46,827 nt of DNA from Candidatus Methylomirabilia bacterium (GCA_041492755.1 JBGPXN010000013.1:1-46827), one strand, 5' to 3'. Counted from the first letter of the stretch, positions 9,749 to 20,881 are shown. The notes: generated from the letters alone by a model not told the origin. Program-made: numbers and translations.

Positions 9749-10939
9749 TCACGAGCCGCGACGGATCGCCTCGGCGGGAGACAAACGCACCACGCGCACC
9801 GTGGCGTAGAGCGCGGCCACGGCGCCGAGGAGCACGGAGAACGTGATGGCCCCCGCGACGAGCCGCGGCGAGAAGAGGAAGAGCCGCTGCGCGCGCTCGC
9901 CGACGAACACGTCGATGCCGAATCCGACCGCGACGGCCAGCACGACGCCGGCGACGCCCCCGGCCATGGTGACGACGAGCGCCTCGCCGAGGATCTCGCC
10001 GCCGAGCTGCAGATCCGTCGCCCCCAGCGCCCGCTTGACGCCGAAATCGCGGATCCGCTCGAAGACGGCCGCGGCCACGGTGTTGGCGAGCGACAGCCCG
10101 CCGATGACCAGACCGAGCGCGGCCAGACCCGCCATGAGGGCGGAGAAGAACGCGGTGGAGACTTTCAGCTGGTGCGACAGCTCGCTCGGGATCTGCACGT
10201 TCACGTCCGCGACCCGCGCCTGGATCCGGCGCGCCACCGCGTCCGGGTCCTCGCCGTCACGCCATCCGACCGCGGCGCCGGTGTTGAGGTCCGCGGCCGT
10301 GAGCGGCATGGCGCCGGACGCGACCACGGTGCGCAGCAGCGGGTCCTTGGTCACCCACTGCTCGCGCGCGTCGGCGATCGGCACGATCACGAAGCGATCG
10401 GGCGCGGTGAGCATGCGATCCAGCACGCCGACGACCTCGTAGTCGGCGCCGGCCAGGGTCACGCGGCTTCCCACCCGCAGATTGCGCGACGCCGCGAACG
10501 CCGCGCCCACCACGGCCACGCGCCGGTCGCCGTCGCGGAGCAGGCGGCCGGCCTGGACCGGCAGCGCGCGGTAGTGACGGTTGGGGCTCGGCACCGAGAG
10601 GTCGACGCCGAGGATCAGCTCCTGCGTGAGCGTCATGAACTGCGACGTGGTCGGATCGAGCGGCAGCATCACCTGGGGCTGCACCACGGCGACCCCGGGC
10701 ACCTCGGCGATCGCGCGGATCCTCGCGGCCGGGAGCAGGCCGCCCGCGGTGAACCCCGCGCCCATGCCCATCCCACGGCCGGCGACGGAGATCTGCCCCA
10801 GCACGAAGCGGTCGCCGCCCTCGATGAAGCGGACGATGCGCTCGCTCATCGCGCCCAGGGCCACCAGCCCGGCCACCCCGATGGCGATCCCCGCCACCGT
10901 GAACAGGTAGCGCCTGACCCGGACGACGGCGCTCACCAT
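9749..10939 (-). CDS. ABC transporter permease (MacB/FtsX type)
   Basis: TM1 GIAIGVAGLVAL, periplasmic domain, ERIRDFGVKRALGA, C-terminal RLSPAEAIR; start ATG 10939 or GTG 10936. Confidence 0.88.
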   Translation of the reverse strand: MVSAVVRVRRYLFTVAGIAIGVAGLVALGAMSERIVRFIEGGDRFVLGQISVAGRGMGMGAGFTAGGLLPAARIRAIAEVPGVAVVQPQVMLPLDPTTSQFMTLTQELILGVDLSVPSPNRHYRALPVQAGRLLRDGDRRVAVVGAAFAASRNLRVGSRVTLAGADYEVVGVLDRMLTAPDRFVIVPIADAREQWVTKDPLLRTVVASGAMPLTAADLNTGAAVGWRDGEDPDAVARRIQARVADVNVQIPSELSHQLKVSTAFFSALMAGLAALGLVIGGLSLANTVAAAVFERIRDFGVKRALGATDLQLGGEILGEALVVTMAGGVAGVVLAVAVGFGIDVFVGERAQRLFLFSPRLVAGAITFSVLLGAVAALYATVRVVRLSPAEAIRRGS

Positions 10940-12206
10940 TCGAGGCGGGACTCGGCCCCGCGGCCGGCCCGCCGGGCCGCCCAGACCTTGACTCGCGCCA
11001 GCGCGAACAACCCCTCCAGCGACAGACGCGTCCGCCACGGCATGCTGCCGAAGACGCCACCGGCGAGCACGCTCAGCACCGCGTCGACCATCCCGAAATA
11101 GTTTCGGGGCGCCAGGAAGAGCTCGAGGAACACCGGCTCGTAGTACTTGTGGATCATCCGGAAAAACGGCGTGACGCCCCGCCAGAACGCCCGCTCGTAG
11201 GGGGCGAAGCGCGCGGCCTCGAAGCGGCCGTCCGCGAGCGCCCGCGTCACCGCGCGCGCGGCCATCTCGCCGGATTGCAGCGCGATGTGCACGCCTCCCG
11301 AGAAGATGGGATCGACGAAGGCCACGGCGTCGCCCACGCACAGGAAGCGATCGCCCACCATCGGGCGGTTGACGTACGCGAAGTTCGCCGCCGTGTGCAC
11401 CGGCGTGATGCGCTCCGCCGACTTCACGCCGTCGGCGACCCGACAGCACCGCGCGATCATGGCCTCGAAGAGGGCCTCGGTGGCGCCGCCCCAGCCGCGC
11501 GCAGTGCGCGCGTGCAGCACGCAGCCCACGCTGGTGACGTCGCCCGCGAACGGAATCCACCAGAACCAGCCGTCCTCGAAGACGTAGATCCGGATGTTGC
11601 CTTCCTCGATGCCGGTGGCCCGGTCCGCCCCCCGGAAATGGGCGAACAGCGCGACCTTGCCCAGGTTCGGCACCCGCTCGCGCCGGCCGATACGGGATGC
11701 GAGGAAGCCGTCGCGTCCGCTCGCGTCGATCAGCACCCGCGCCCGGAGCCGGCTCCGACCACGCTCGCCCACGACGTCGACGCTCACGCCGTCGGCGTCG
11801 AACGCGACGCTCTCCGCCGTCGCCGGCTGCCGCACGTCGACGCCCTGACTGCGCGCATGATCGAGCAGCAGCCGGTCGAAGTCCGCGCGCGGGACCTGAT
11901 AGGAGTAGTGTGGCCACGGCTTGCCGCGCAGGAAGTAGAAGCTGTGCTCGCGGCCCGATTCCTGGTCGTGGAACGTCGCCCCGTATTTCACCTGGAAGCC
12001 GTGCGCGGTCACGCGATCGAGCGCGCCGAGCCGGCCCAGCAGCGGCAGCGTCGCCGGTAGCAGCGACTCGCCAATGTGGAAGCGCGGAAACGGCTCGCGC
12101 TCGACGAGCGCGACCCGATGCCCCGCGCGCGCCAGGAAGCCGGCGGCCGCGGCGCCACCCGGACCGCCGCCGACGACGGCAACGTCGTAGCGCGCGTCGT
12201 CGGTCC

Positions 12207-12210
<4 letters not shown>
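10933..12210 (-). CDS. FAD-dependent halogenase-like oxidoreductase
   Basis: GGGPGG, FPRFHIGESLLP, FQVKYG (candidate catalytic Lys), GWFWWIPF (WxWxIP), GDA..FVDPIFSGG; GTGA-coupled start at 12210. Confidence 0.8.
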
Positions 12211-13276
<1,066 letters not shown>

Positions 13277-13280
<4 letters not shown>

Positions 13281-14359
13281 GCCGGGGGCGGCCCCACCAC
13301 GAGCGCCACGTGGGTGCCGCCGCGCGCGAGTCCGTGCACGAGCCCGGGCGCGCCCGGGCCGAACGCATCACCGCCGACGCGCTCGAGCGGGTCACCCGGC
13401 AGTCGTCCCGCGCGCGTCGACCATGCCGCCGCCGCCACGCGAAGCGCGCCCAGTCCGGCGTGGTGGCCGACGGTCTCGGTCAATGACACCCCCGGGCGCC
13501 CGCGCGCAATGCCCGCCGCTCGGAGCACCCCCTGCTCCCAGCGGTCGCGCGCCACGTCGCCGTTGGCCGACGAGTAGAGCCAGGCAATCTCCGACGGTGC
13601 GCACCGGGCCTGGCCGAGCGCGCTCGCCACCGCGCGCGACGTGACGCCGCGGCCCACCCCGTGAGGCCGGGCGACGAGCGCCCGCCAGGCGGTGCCGCGG
13701 ATCTCCCCCAGTGGCCGGGCGTCGCGCGCGCGCGCGTGCTCCCAGGACTCCAGCACGAGATACGTCGCGCCTTCGCCCCGATCTCCACGGTCGCCGAGCA
13801 CGCTCAGCATTTCCGCGCAGAGCGCGTCGAGCTCGTCCACCCCCCCCGCGAGCACGGCATCCATCCTCCCGGCCGCGATCGCGCCCGCCGCGTAGGCCAC
13901 GGCCAGCTCGCCCGCCACCGTCGGCGCATTCAGCGTGAGCGACAGCGCGCGCGCCCCGACCGCGATGGTCGTCGCCGCCGCCATCGTATTCATCACCGTG
14001 TTGGGAAACAGCAGCGGCGAGCATCCGCTCGGCCCCGAGCCGAGATAACCGTCGGCGAACTCGATCGTCGAGCGCAGGTCGCCCATCTCCGTCCCGACCA
14101 CCAACCCCAGCGAGTCGCCGCCCGGCAGCCCGGCGTCCGCGAGCGCGGCTCGGGCCGAGACCACGCTCATCCGACACGGCCGCGACAGCCGCCGCGCTTC
14201 CGTTCCGTCGAGCAACGTCTCGAGGGCGCGATCGTCGATCCGGCGTGGGCGCTCCGGGCGCGGCCCAAGTCCCGCGAGCCAGGACGCGATCGCGGTGGAG
14301 TCGCCATGGAGGGCGGGGTTGATCGTGCCGACGCCGGTGATGACGACGCGGTGCTTCAT
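13277..14359 (-). CDS. Beta-ketoacyl synthase-like protein lacking the catalytic Cys (chain-length-factor-like)
   Basis: VVITGVG, SPLLFPNTVMN; NAPTVAG in place of TACSSG; SANG in place of HGT; ATG 14359 coupled to the upstream KS. Confidence 0.78.
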
Positions 14360-15531
14360 GTGCGGCGGAACAACAGGGTGACGTTCTGGCCGCCGAAGCC
14401 GAAGGAGTTGGACATGGCGTGATCGACCACGACGTCGCGCGCGGTGCCGGCCACGCAGTCGAAGGGGACGTCCGGATCGGGCGTGACGAGATGCGCCGTG
14501 GGCGGAACGCGCTCGCGGACCAGGGCCAAGACGGTGGCGATCGCCTCGAGCGCGCCGGCCGCGGCCATCGTGTGGCCGATCATCGATTTGGTCGCGCTCA
14601 CCAGGGGGCGGCCCTCCCCGAACACGGCAGCGAGGGCGCGGGCCTCGATCCGGTCGTTCTGGGGGGTCGCGGTGCCATGGGCGTTGACGTATCCGATCTC
14701 GGACGGCGTCACCCCCGCGGCGGCCAGCGCCGCCCGCATCGCACGCGCCATGCCGTCGCCATCGGGATGCGGCGCCGTGACGTGAAACGCGTCCGTGGTC
14801 GACCCGGCGCCCGCGAGCTCCGCGTAGATTCGCGCCCCGCGCGCGACGGCGTGGCTCGCCTCCTCCAGGACCAGAAAGCCCGCGCCCTCGCCGATCGACA
14901 TGCCCTTGCGCTCCCGGTCGAACGGCCGGCACGGAGCGGGATCGAGGAGCTTGAGCGCGTTGAACCCCATGTAGCAGATCCGCGTGAGGGCGTCGGCGCC
15001 CCCGGCCAGCGCCACCGACACCACGCCGTCGGCGATCAGCTCGGCCGCCGCCGCCACCGCCGCGGCGCCCGAGCTGCACGCGGTCACGATCGTCGCCCGC
15101 GGTCCTTCCAGATGCAGCCGGTGGCCGAGCATCTCGGCGTGGGCGCTGGGAAGGATCGGCCGCAGCGTGCCCGCGACCGGCATCGGTCCGCCGCGCCGCC
15201 GCGCCCAGTACCAGCCTTCGGCTTCGAGCATGCCGCCTCCGACCGCGCCCACGACCAGCGCGGCGTCGCGCCGCTCCGCGGCGGCCAGCCCGGCGTCGTC
15301 GAGGGCCTCGCGGGCGGCCCCCAGGGCCAGCCGATCGGCGCGAGAGCGCCGCGCCGAGCCCGCGAGGGGACCGGGCACCTCGGCGGCCAGACGGCAACGG
15401 AAGCCGGCGGTGTCGATCAGCGTGACCGGGCGAATCGCGCAGGCGCCGGCATCGAGTCCGTCCCAGTACGTCTTGACGCCGGCTCCGAACGGACTCACGG
15501 CGCCGAGACCGCTGACGACGATGCGCCTCAT
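14356..15531 (-). CDS. Beta-ketoacyl-ACP synthase (FabF-like, catalytic)
   Basis: TACSSG, NAHGTAT, KSMIGH and SNSFGFGG motifs; ATG 15531. Confidence 0.93.
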   Translation of the reverse strand: MRRIVVSGLGAVSPFGAGVKTYWDGLDAGACAIRPVTLIDTAGFRCRLAAEVPGPLAGSARRSRADRLALGAAREALDDAGLAAAERRDAALVVGAVGGGMLEAEGWYWARRRGGPMPVAGTLRPILPSAHAEMLGHRLHLEGPRATIVTACSSGAAAVAAAAELIADGVVSVALAGGADALTRICYMGFNALKLLDPAPCRPFDRERKGMSIGEGAGFLVLEEASHAVARGARIYAELAGAGSTTDAFHVTAPHPDGDGMARAMRAALAAAGVTPSEIGYVNAHGTATPQNDRIEARALAAVFGEGRPLVSATKSMIGHTMAAAGALEAIATVLALVRERVPPTAHLVTPDPDVPFDCVAGTARDVVVDHAMSNSFGFGGQNVTLLFRRT

Positions 15532-15803
15532 GCCGCGCCCGCGCGGCCGGCGATGAACCGGGCCAGCGTGTCGAACGAGGCGAAGTGGGGCGCGAGGTCC
15601 TCGGACTCGTCCAGCGTGATGTCGAAGCGCTCCTCGATGGCCAGCGAGAGCTCGATGAAGTCCAGCGAGTCGAGGCCGATCGAGCCGGCCACGCCTTTGG
15701 GCAGCGGCGTCTCGAGGGCGACGTCGGCCACCCGCGCCGGCTCGAACCGCAACCGGCTCACGAGCAACGCCTTCAGCTCGTCCATCACTTCCTTCGGCTC
15801 CAC
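15528..15803 (-). CDS. Acyl carrier protein
   Basis: 91 aa, acidic, GLDSLD phosphopantetheine site, IEERFDI; GGAGG RBS. Confidence 0.92.
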   Translation of the reverse strand: MEPKEVMDELKALLVSRLRFEPARVADVALETPLPKGVAGSIGLDSLDFIELSLAIEERFDITLDESEDLAPHFASFDTLARFIAGRAGAA

Positions 15804-15815
15804 GTGGCCTCCCGT

Positions 15816-16616
15816 CTATCCCCGAATGGCAAGCGCGGCGCGGCGGCCGCGCCACTCCGCGGTGAGCACCCCACGCGCTTCGCTCTCGCCGGCGAGGGCC
15901 AGCGCGATCAATGGCGCGCACGCGAACGTCTCGCCGGCCCGCCGCCGTGCACGCGTTTCGAGTGGCGACGGACCGCGCCCCCGCGACGCGACCGGGGGCT
16001 CGACCACGAGCTCCCCCTCACCGGGGACCAGCAATGCGCAGGCGGCGGCTTCGACGAGCGGCGTCGGCACGCGGAACCGCGCGCGCGCATAGAGCTCTTC
16101 GCACTCCGCGAAGCTTTCCACCGCGAGCACGAGCGCTCGCTCGCATTCACCGCGCGCGACCGCGCGCCCGCCCTGCCAGAGCGCGTCGACCGTGGTCACC
16201 GCACCGCCCACCAGTATGACGTAGCCGCCGCGCAGACCGAACTCGATGGCGACCTCGGCCGCGACCGCGCTCGGCGCCGTGTACGGAAAGTGCAGCGCCC
16301 CGATCGGCGTCGACGGCGCCACGAACTCCCGATTGGCGGCGCCATAGGCGGCCGCGGTCACGTAGACGAGCGCCGTCCCGTCGCCGGCCAGGGCGGCGCG
16401 ATCGAGCCGCGTCCGGCGCAGCATCGCCTCCACCGCCGCGACCCCCATCAGGCACTCGCGCGTGGCCCGGCGAAAGCGGTCGCCCGCGATCTCGAGGCGC
16501 GGCATCGCGATGACGCGCCGGCCGGCGGCGGCCCGACGGGCATCGCCGGGCAACGCGGCGAGTCCTTCGCCCCACGCGGTCACGAGCCCGATGCCCGCGA
16601 CCCCGACGCCGTTCAC
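15816..16616 (-). CDS. Short ketosynthase N-terminal-like protein without catalytic Cys (CLF-like)
   Basis: GVAGIGLVT, HFPYTAPSAVAAEVAI.FGLRG; no TAC motif; GTGA-coupled start at 16616. Confidence 0.72.
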   Translation of the reverse strand: MNGVGVAGIGLVTAWGEGLAALPGDARRAAAGRRVIAMPRLEIAGDRFRRATRECLMGVAAVEAMLRRTRLDRAALAGDGTALVYVTAAAYGAANREFVAPSTPIGALHFPYTAPSAVAAEVAIEFGLRGGYVILVGGAVTTVDALWQGGRAVARGECERALVLAVESFAECEELYARARFRVPTPLVEAAACALLVPGEGELVVEPPVASRGRGPSPLETRARRRAGETFACAPLIALALAGESEARGVLTAEWRGRRAALAIRG

Positions 16617-17806
16617 GCCGCGGCGCCTTCCAGCACGAGGGCGGCATTGCAGCCGCCGAAGCCGAGCGACGTGCTGAGGCTCACACGCGCGCGCGCCGGG
16701 CGCGGCACCGCGGGCACGTAGTCGAGACCACACTCGGGATCGGCCTCTTCGTACCCGAGGGTGGGCGGAATGAGGCTGTGCCGGGACGCGAGCAGGCACA
16801 TGACCGCCTCCAGCGCCGCCGCCGCCCCCATCGTGTGGCCCATCGGGCCCTTGATCGAGTTGACGGGAATCGCCTCCGCGCGGGCGCCGAGCACCCGCCT
16901 GAGCACGCCGCTCTCGATGCGATCGTTGAGCGGCGTGCCGGTGCCGTGGGCGCTCACGAAGTCCACCGACGCCGGAGGGAGACCAGCGGCGCGCAGCGCG
17001 CGGGTGACGGCGGTCTCCAGTCCCCGTCCGGTGGGATCGGGCGCGGCGATATGCGAGCCGTCGCTCGTGCTCGCATGGCCGAGGAGCCGGCCCAGTCGCG
17101 GCCCGCGCCAGGCGGCGTCACGGGCGAGCAGCACCAGGCCGGCGCCTTCGCCGAGCAGCAGGCCGCTGCGCCGGCGGTCGAACGGCCGCACGCAATCGCG
17201 CGTCAGCGATCGGAGCGCGTCGAACCCGCGCATCACGAAGCGACACAGCACGTCGTAGCCGCCGGCCACCACCAGATCCGCGCGGTCGTCGAGCAGCAGA
17301 TCGGCGCCGACGCCGATTGCGGTCGCGCCCGAGGCGCACGCGGTCGACACCGTGATGACGGGACCGTCGGCCCCCAGGTAGCGGGCCAGCGCCCGTCCGG
17401 GGCTGTCGTAGAGCGTGGCGGCTGCGCGCCGCGGCGTACGATCGCCGCCCAGCGCGTGCTCCAGCTCCTCCACCCCGCCGAGCGCGGTGCCCACCACCAC
17501 GCCGAGACGCGCCGGATCGACGTCGAGCAGGGCCCGCGCGCACAGATCGTCGGCCGCGCCGAGGAGCAGGCGGCTCGCCCGGCAGGCCGGCAGCCGCCCC
17601 GGCCGACGCGGGTGCGGCAGCTTCTTGATCTCGCCGCCCCGGCCGACCCGCAGGTCGGCCACGGGAAACCGTTCGATCGCGGAGATGCCGTCGGCGCCCG
17701 TGACCAGCCCGGACCAGAAGGCGTCGAGGTCGGCGCCGATCGGCGTGACGGCGCCGGCGGCAACGATGGCGACCACCTCAGCGTGCAGAGGGCGGGCTCC
17801 ACACAT
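16613..17806 (-). CDS. Beta-ketoacyl-ACP synthase (FabF-like, catalytic)
   Basis: STACASG, SAHGTGT, KGPMGH and SLGFGG motifs; start about ATG 17806. Confidence 0.92.
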   Translation of the reverse strand: MCGARPLHAEVVAIVAAGAVTPIGADLDAFWSGLVTGADGISAIERFPVADLRVGRGGEIKKLPHPRRPGRLPACRASRLLLGAADDLCARALLDVDPARLGVVVGTALGGVEELEHALGGDRTPRRAAATLYDSPGRALARYLGADGPVITVSTACASGATAIGVGADLLLDDRADLVVAGGYDVLCRFVMRGFDALRSLTRDCVRPFDRRRSGLLLGEGAGLVLLARDAAWRGPRLGRLLGHASTSDGSHIAAPDPTGRGLETAVTRALRAAGLPPASVDFVSAHGTGTPLNDRIESGVLRRVLGARAEAIPVNSIKGPMGHTMGAAAALEAVMCLLASRHSLIPPTLGYEEADPECGLDYVPAVPRPARARVSLSTSLGFGGCNAALVLEGAAA

Positions 17807-18704
17807 CGAAGAAGTTGAACCACTGCTCGGGGCGCGCGCTGACCGTCGCCTCCAGCAGCGCGACCCAGCGCGACAGCGCGAGGTGCTCTCCGTCGCGGGC
17901 CGGCGAGATCGGCGCACCGAGCGCGATCGTGTAGCGGCGGTCGGGACCGAGCAGGCAGAACGCGGGGACGACGTCGACGCCCGCGGCGCGGGCGAGCCTG
18001 AAAGGACCGACGGGAAAGAGCGCCTCCGCGCCGAAGAAGGGCACCGCGACGTCCCCGCGGCCCCCGAGCGCGCGATCGGCCTGCATGGCGACGACTTCGC
18101 CGCGTCGCAGCGCAGGCACGAGCGGCAGCACGGAGAGCGGATCGCGCCGAACGACGAAGCGGACGGGGACCGCCCCGCCCCGGAGCATCCGTTCCACGCC
18201 GGGATCCGCTTCGGGCGCGACGACCACGTTGACGGGCCGGGCCAGTCGCCCCGCCAGCAAGCGGCCGGCAAGCTCCCAGTTGCCGACGTGCGCGGTGATG
18301 ACGACGAGGCCGCGCGCGGGATCCTGCGACGACAGGTGCCCGGCGCCGTCGACGCCGGCGAGGAGATGGGTGAGATCGCCCGCGCTGCGGTTGGTCGTGA
18401 GCAGGTCGGCGAAGCACATCGCGAAATGACGGAAGACGTCCACGGCGAGCGCGGCGCGTCGAGCCGGCTCCAGCGCCGGCGCCATGCGCGCGATGTTGGC
18501 GCGCACGGCCGCCGCTTCGGCCGGCAGCCACACCGCCAGCCGCGCCCCGAGCGCCGCGGCCAGGCGCAGACGCGCGCGACGCGGGAGCAGCGTGGCCAGG
18601 ACCACCGCCGCGCGGTAGGCGCCCACGCGATTCAGGCGGTGGGTGTACCACGCCGGCGCGGTCCGCGCGTCGGGCGCAACGGCCGGCACCACGGCGCCGG
18701 TCAC
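17778..18704 (-). CDS. Lysophospholipid / lipid A (LpxL-like) acyltransferase
   Basis: TAHVGNWE (HxxxxE), LRRGEVVAMQADR, VPFFG, PEQWFNF. Confidence 0.88.
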   Translation of the reverse strand: MTGAVVPAVAPDARTAPAWYTHRLNRVGAYRAAVVLATLLPRRARLRLAAALGARLAVWLPAEAAAVRANIARMAPALEPARRAALAVDVFRHFAMCFADLLTTNRSAGDLTHLLAGVDGAGHLSSQDPARGLVVITAHVGNWELAGRLLAGRLARPVNVVVAPEADPGVERMLRGGAVPVRFVVRRDPLSVLPLVPALRRGEVVAMQADRALGGRGDVAVPFFGAEALFPVGPFRLARAAGVDVVPAFCLLGPDRRYTIALGAPISPARDGEHLALSRWVALLEATVSARPEQWFNFFDVWSPPSAR

Positions 18705-19525
18705 AGCAATGGCGAGTAGGACATCCGAAACACGCGGATGGGGCCGGGCCGCGTGTCGTACACGTCGGTGGCCTGGAACCGGCGCGCGCGCCCGTCCCAG
18801 GTGATCGTCCCCGGGCGCGCCGGATCGTTGGGGTCCCAGACGGCGAGCGCCGCGTCGTCGCCGCGAGCGCTCAGCGCGAAGGCCACCACCGTGTGGTTCA
18901 GCTCGGGGGTGGGCCAGTTCGTGACCAGCAGCTGCACGAGCCGACCCGCCGCCAGCTCGCCCCCCACCTCCCGCAGCACGCCCGCTTGATGCTCGTCGGT
19001 CACGTCGAACGTCACGCGCCAGTTGGTCCAGTGCACGAGCGTCCAGAACCGGCCACCGAGCCCGGCTTTGACGGCCGACTCCTCCGCCCGCGAGAACTCA
19101 CGCAAGCTCGCATACCCCGGAATGACCACGCGCTGGGCCGGCGGCAAGGGCGGCTGCCACGGCGCGCGGGCGACGACCTCCCGGACGCGCGCCACGTATC
19201 CCGCGTGATCGATGCGCGGTTGCTCGGGCGCGAAGCGGGCGAACTGAGCGAATTGCCGAACGCCCCGGGCCATCACGAAGCAGTAGTTGGCATAGAGGTC
19301 AGGATCGTCGGGAGTACGCGAGCGGATCTCATTCGGAAACGCGAAGGTGTCCCGGTCGAACGCAAAGCCGGAGACGGTGACGTCGCTCGCGACGCGCCAC
19401 CCCGCCGGCGGCGCCGACATGACGGCACAGGCCGCCGCCAGCAGCACGACGCCGGCCAAGAGAGCCGCGAACCCCGCCGGCAGCGGCGGCCCGCCCTTGC
19501 GAACTCGACGCAGCAAAAAGCTCAC
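18701..19525 (-). CDS. Hypothetical lipoprotein with possible Cys-His-Asp (papain/C39-like) triad
   Basis: Basic N-terminus, hydrophobic stretch and LAAAC lipobox-like site; NYC, NHTVV and WDPN motifs; GTGA-coupled to the acyltransferase. Confidence 0.6.
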   Translation of the reverse strand: MSFLLRRVRKGGPPLPAGFAALLAGVVLLAAACAVMSAPPAGWRVASDVTVSGFAFDRDTFAFPNEIRSRTPDDPDLYANYCFVMARGVRQFAQFARFAPEQPRIDHAGYVARVREVVARAPWQPPLPPAQRVVIPGYASLREFSRAEESAVKAGLGGRFWTLVHWTNWRVTFDVTDEHQAGVLREVGGELAAGRLVQLLVTNWPTPELNHTVVAFALSARGDDAALAVWDPNDPARPGTITWDGRARRFQATDVYDTRPGPIRVFRMSYSPLL

Positions 19526-19542
19526 AACGTGTGATCTCGACT

Positions 19543-19571
19543 ACCCTAAAGGCCGGGTCTGCCCAGGTCAA
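19543..19571 (-). promoter_or_regulatory. sigma70-type promoter of the lipid cluster
   Basis: Minus strand TTGACC (19571-19566), 17-bp spacer, TAGGGT (19548-19543). Confidence 0.6.
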
Positions 19572-19588
19572 GGCCGCCGGCCGCCGCG

Positions 19589-19597
19589 TGCTATCCT
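19589..19597 (+). promoter_or_regulatory. Extended -10 element for pyrD
   Basis: TGcTATCCT, 16 nt upstream of ATG 19614. Confidence 0.45.
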
Positions 19598-19613
19598 CGG
19601 CACGTCGCAGCGC

Positions 19614-20600
19614 ATGACCGGAACCACCGCCGCGCTCTATCGGCTGCTCTACGAGGGATTGCTCGCCCGCCTCCCCGAGTCCACCGCGGTCACGCTCGGT
19701 CAGCGGGTTCTCAAGGCCGTACCGCTCGACCGCGTGTCCATGTTCCGCCGCGAGGACCCCCGGCTCGAGACGGTGCTGGGCGGCGTGCGACTCCCGAACC
19801 CACTCATCCTGTCCGCCATGTACTACGACACACAAATCTTGAAACGCGCGATGGGGCTCGGCTTCGGCGCCGTCACCACCAAGAGCATCACCCGCCAACC
19901 CCGGCCCGGCCATCCCCTGCCGAACCTCGTGCGGGTGCAGACGGCGGCCGGGCCGGGACTCGTGAATTGCAATGGCTTCCAGAATCCGGGCCTCGATGCG
20001 TTCCGCGCGGCGATCAAGAGCGTGCCGCACCGGGTGCCGCTCATCGTGAGCGTGGCCGGCGAATCGGCCGAGGACTACGTGGCGGTGGCGAGCGGCCTGG
20101 CGCCGTTCGGCGATCTCGTCGAGCTCAATATCTCGTCACCCAACACCCGCCTCGTCTACACCTGGAGCGCGCGGCCGGCGGAGCTCCGCGGCGTGCTGGA
20201 GACCGTGCGCGCCGCCGTCGGCAAGCCGCTCATCGTCAAGATCTCACCGGACTTCGCGGCCGCGAACGACAAGGACATCCTCCCCGCGGTGCTCGAGGCG
20301 GGCATCGGCATCGTGAACTACGGCAACGCCCGGCGCGTGGACGAGCCGAGGCTCTCGCAGAAGGCCGGCGGGCTGTCCGGACCCGAGCTCTTGAGCGCGA
20401 CGGTGGAGAACGTGCGGCGCACGCGCGCGCGATTCGGCGCGAGCTTTCAGATCATCGGTACCGGCGGCGTCGATTCGCCGGCCGGGGCGCGCGCGATCCT
20501 TGCGGCGGGCGCGACGGCCGTCGGCTACTTCACCGGATTCGTCACGCGCGGGCCGATTTTGGCGCGGCAGATCCTCGACGGCTTGCTCGCCGACGGTTGA
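19614..20600 (+). CDS. pyrD: Dihydroorotate dehydrogenase (atypical)
   Basis: PRPGHP.P, N.NGFQNPG, ELNISSPNT, VKISPD, GGLSG and IIGTGGV motifs. Confidence 0.85.
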   Translation: MTGTTAALYRLLYEGLLARLPESTAVTLGQRVLKAVPLDRVSMFRREDPRLETVLGGVRLPNPLILSAMYYDTQILKRAMGLGFGAVTTKSITRQPRPGHPLPNLVRVQTAAGPGLVNCNGFQNPGLDAFRAAIKSVPHRVPLIVSVAGESAEDYVAVASGLAPFGDLVELNISSPNTRLVYTWSARPAELRGVLETVRAAVGKPLIVKISPDFAAANDKDILPAVLEAGIGIVNYGNARRVDEPRLSQKAGGLSGPELLSATVENVRRTRARFGASFQIIGTGGVDSPAGARAILAAGATAVGYFTGFVTRGPILARQILDGLLADG

Positions 20601-20622
20601 GGGCGGCGCGACGCCGTCCCAA

Positions 20623-20742
20623 CTGCCCACAGGTTGTCCACATGTCCACACCTATCCACATCCCCCGAAATCGCTCGGTCCGACGCGGCTTCGCGGGCTG
20701 GACCCGAATATATGACGGTCTGTTCGTCCACGGGTAGCCACA
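20623..20742 (+). promoter_or_regulatory. Cluster of DnaA-box-like 9-mers
   Basis: CTGCCCACA 20623, TTGTCCACA 20634, ATGTCCACA 20642, CTATCCACA 20652; weaker TCGTCCACG 20724 and GTAGCCACA 20734; all in the same orientation. Confidence 0.6.
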
Positions 20743-20822
20743 GGTGAGAGTTTGCCCATCATGACGGCCTCCGCGATGCCGGACGCGCCGAACAGACGCT
20801 GTTCATGCGGGTAAACGAGACC

Positions 20823-20852
20823 TTGACACTCCGAGCAAGCGGCCCGTAACGT
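20823..20852 (+). promoter_or_regulatory. sigma70-type promoter of the small basic protein gene
   Basis: Consensus TTGACA, 18-bp spacer, TAACGT. Confidence 0.65.
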
Positions 20853-20881
20853 GACCGACGCGTCGACGAAACGAAAACGCA

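Noticed and set aside
20600..20880. Calling this region oriC
   Set aside because: No dnaA/dnaN nearby, no substantial AT-rich unwinding element (only GAATATATGA), and gene orientation stays mostly minus on both sides
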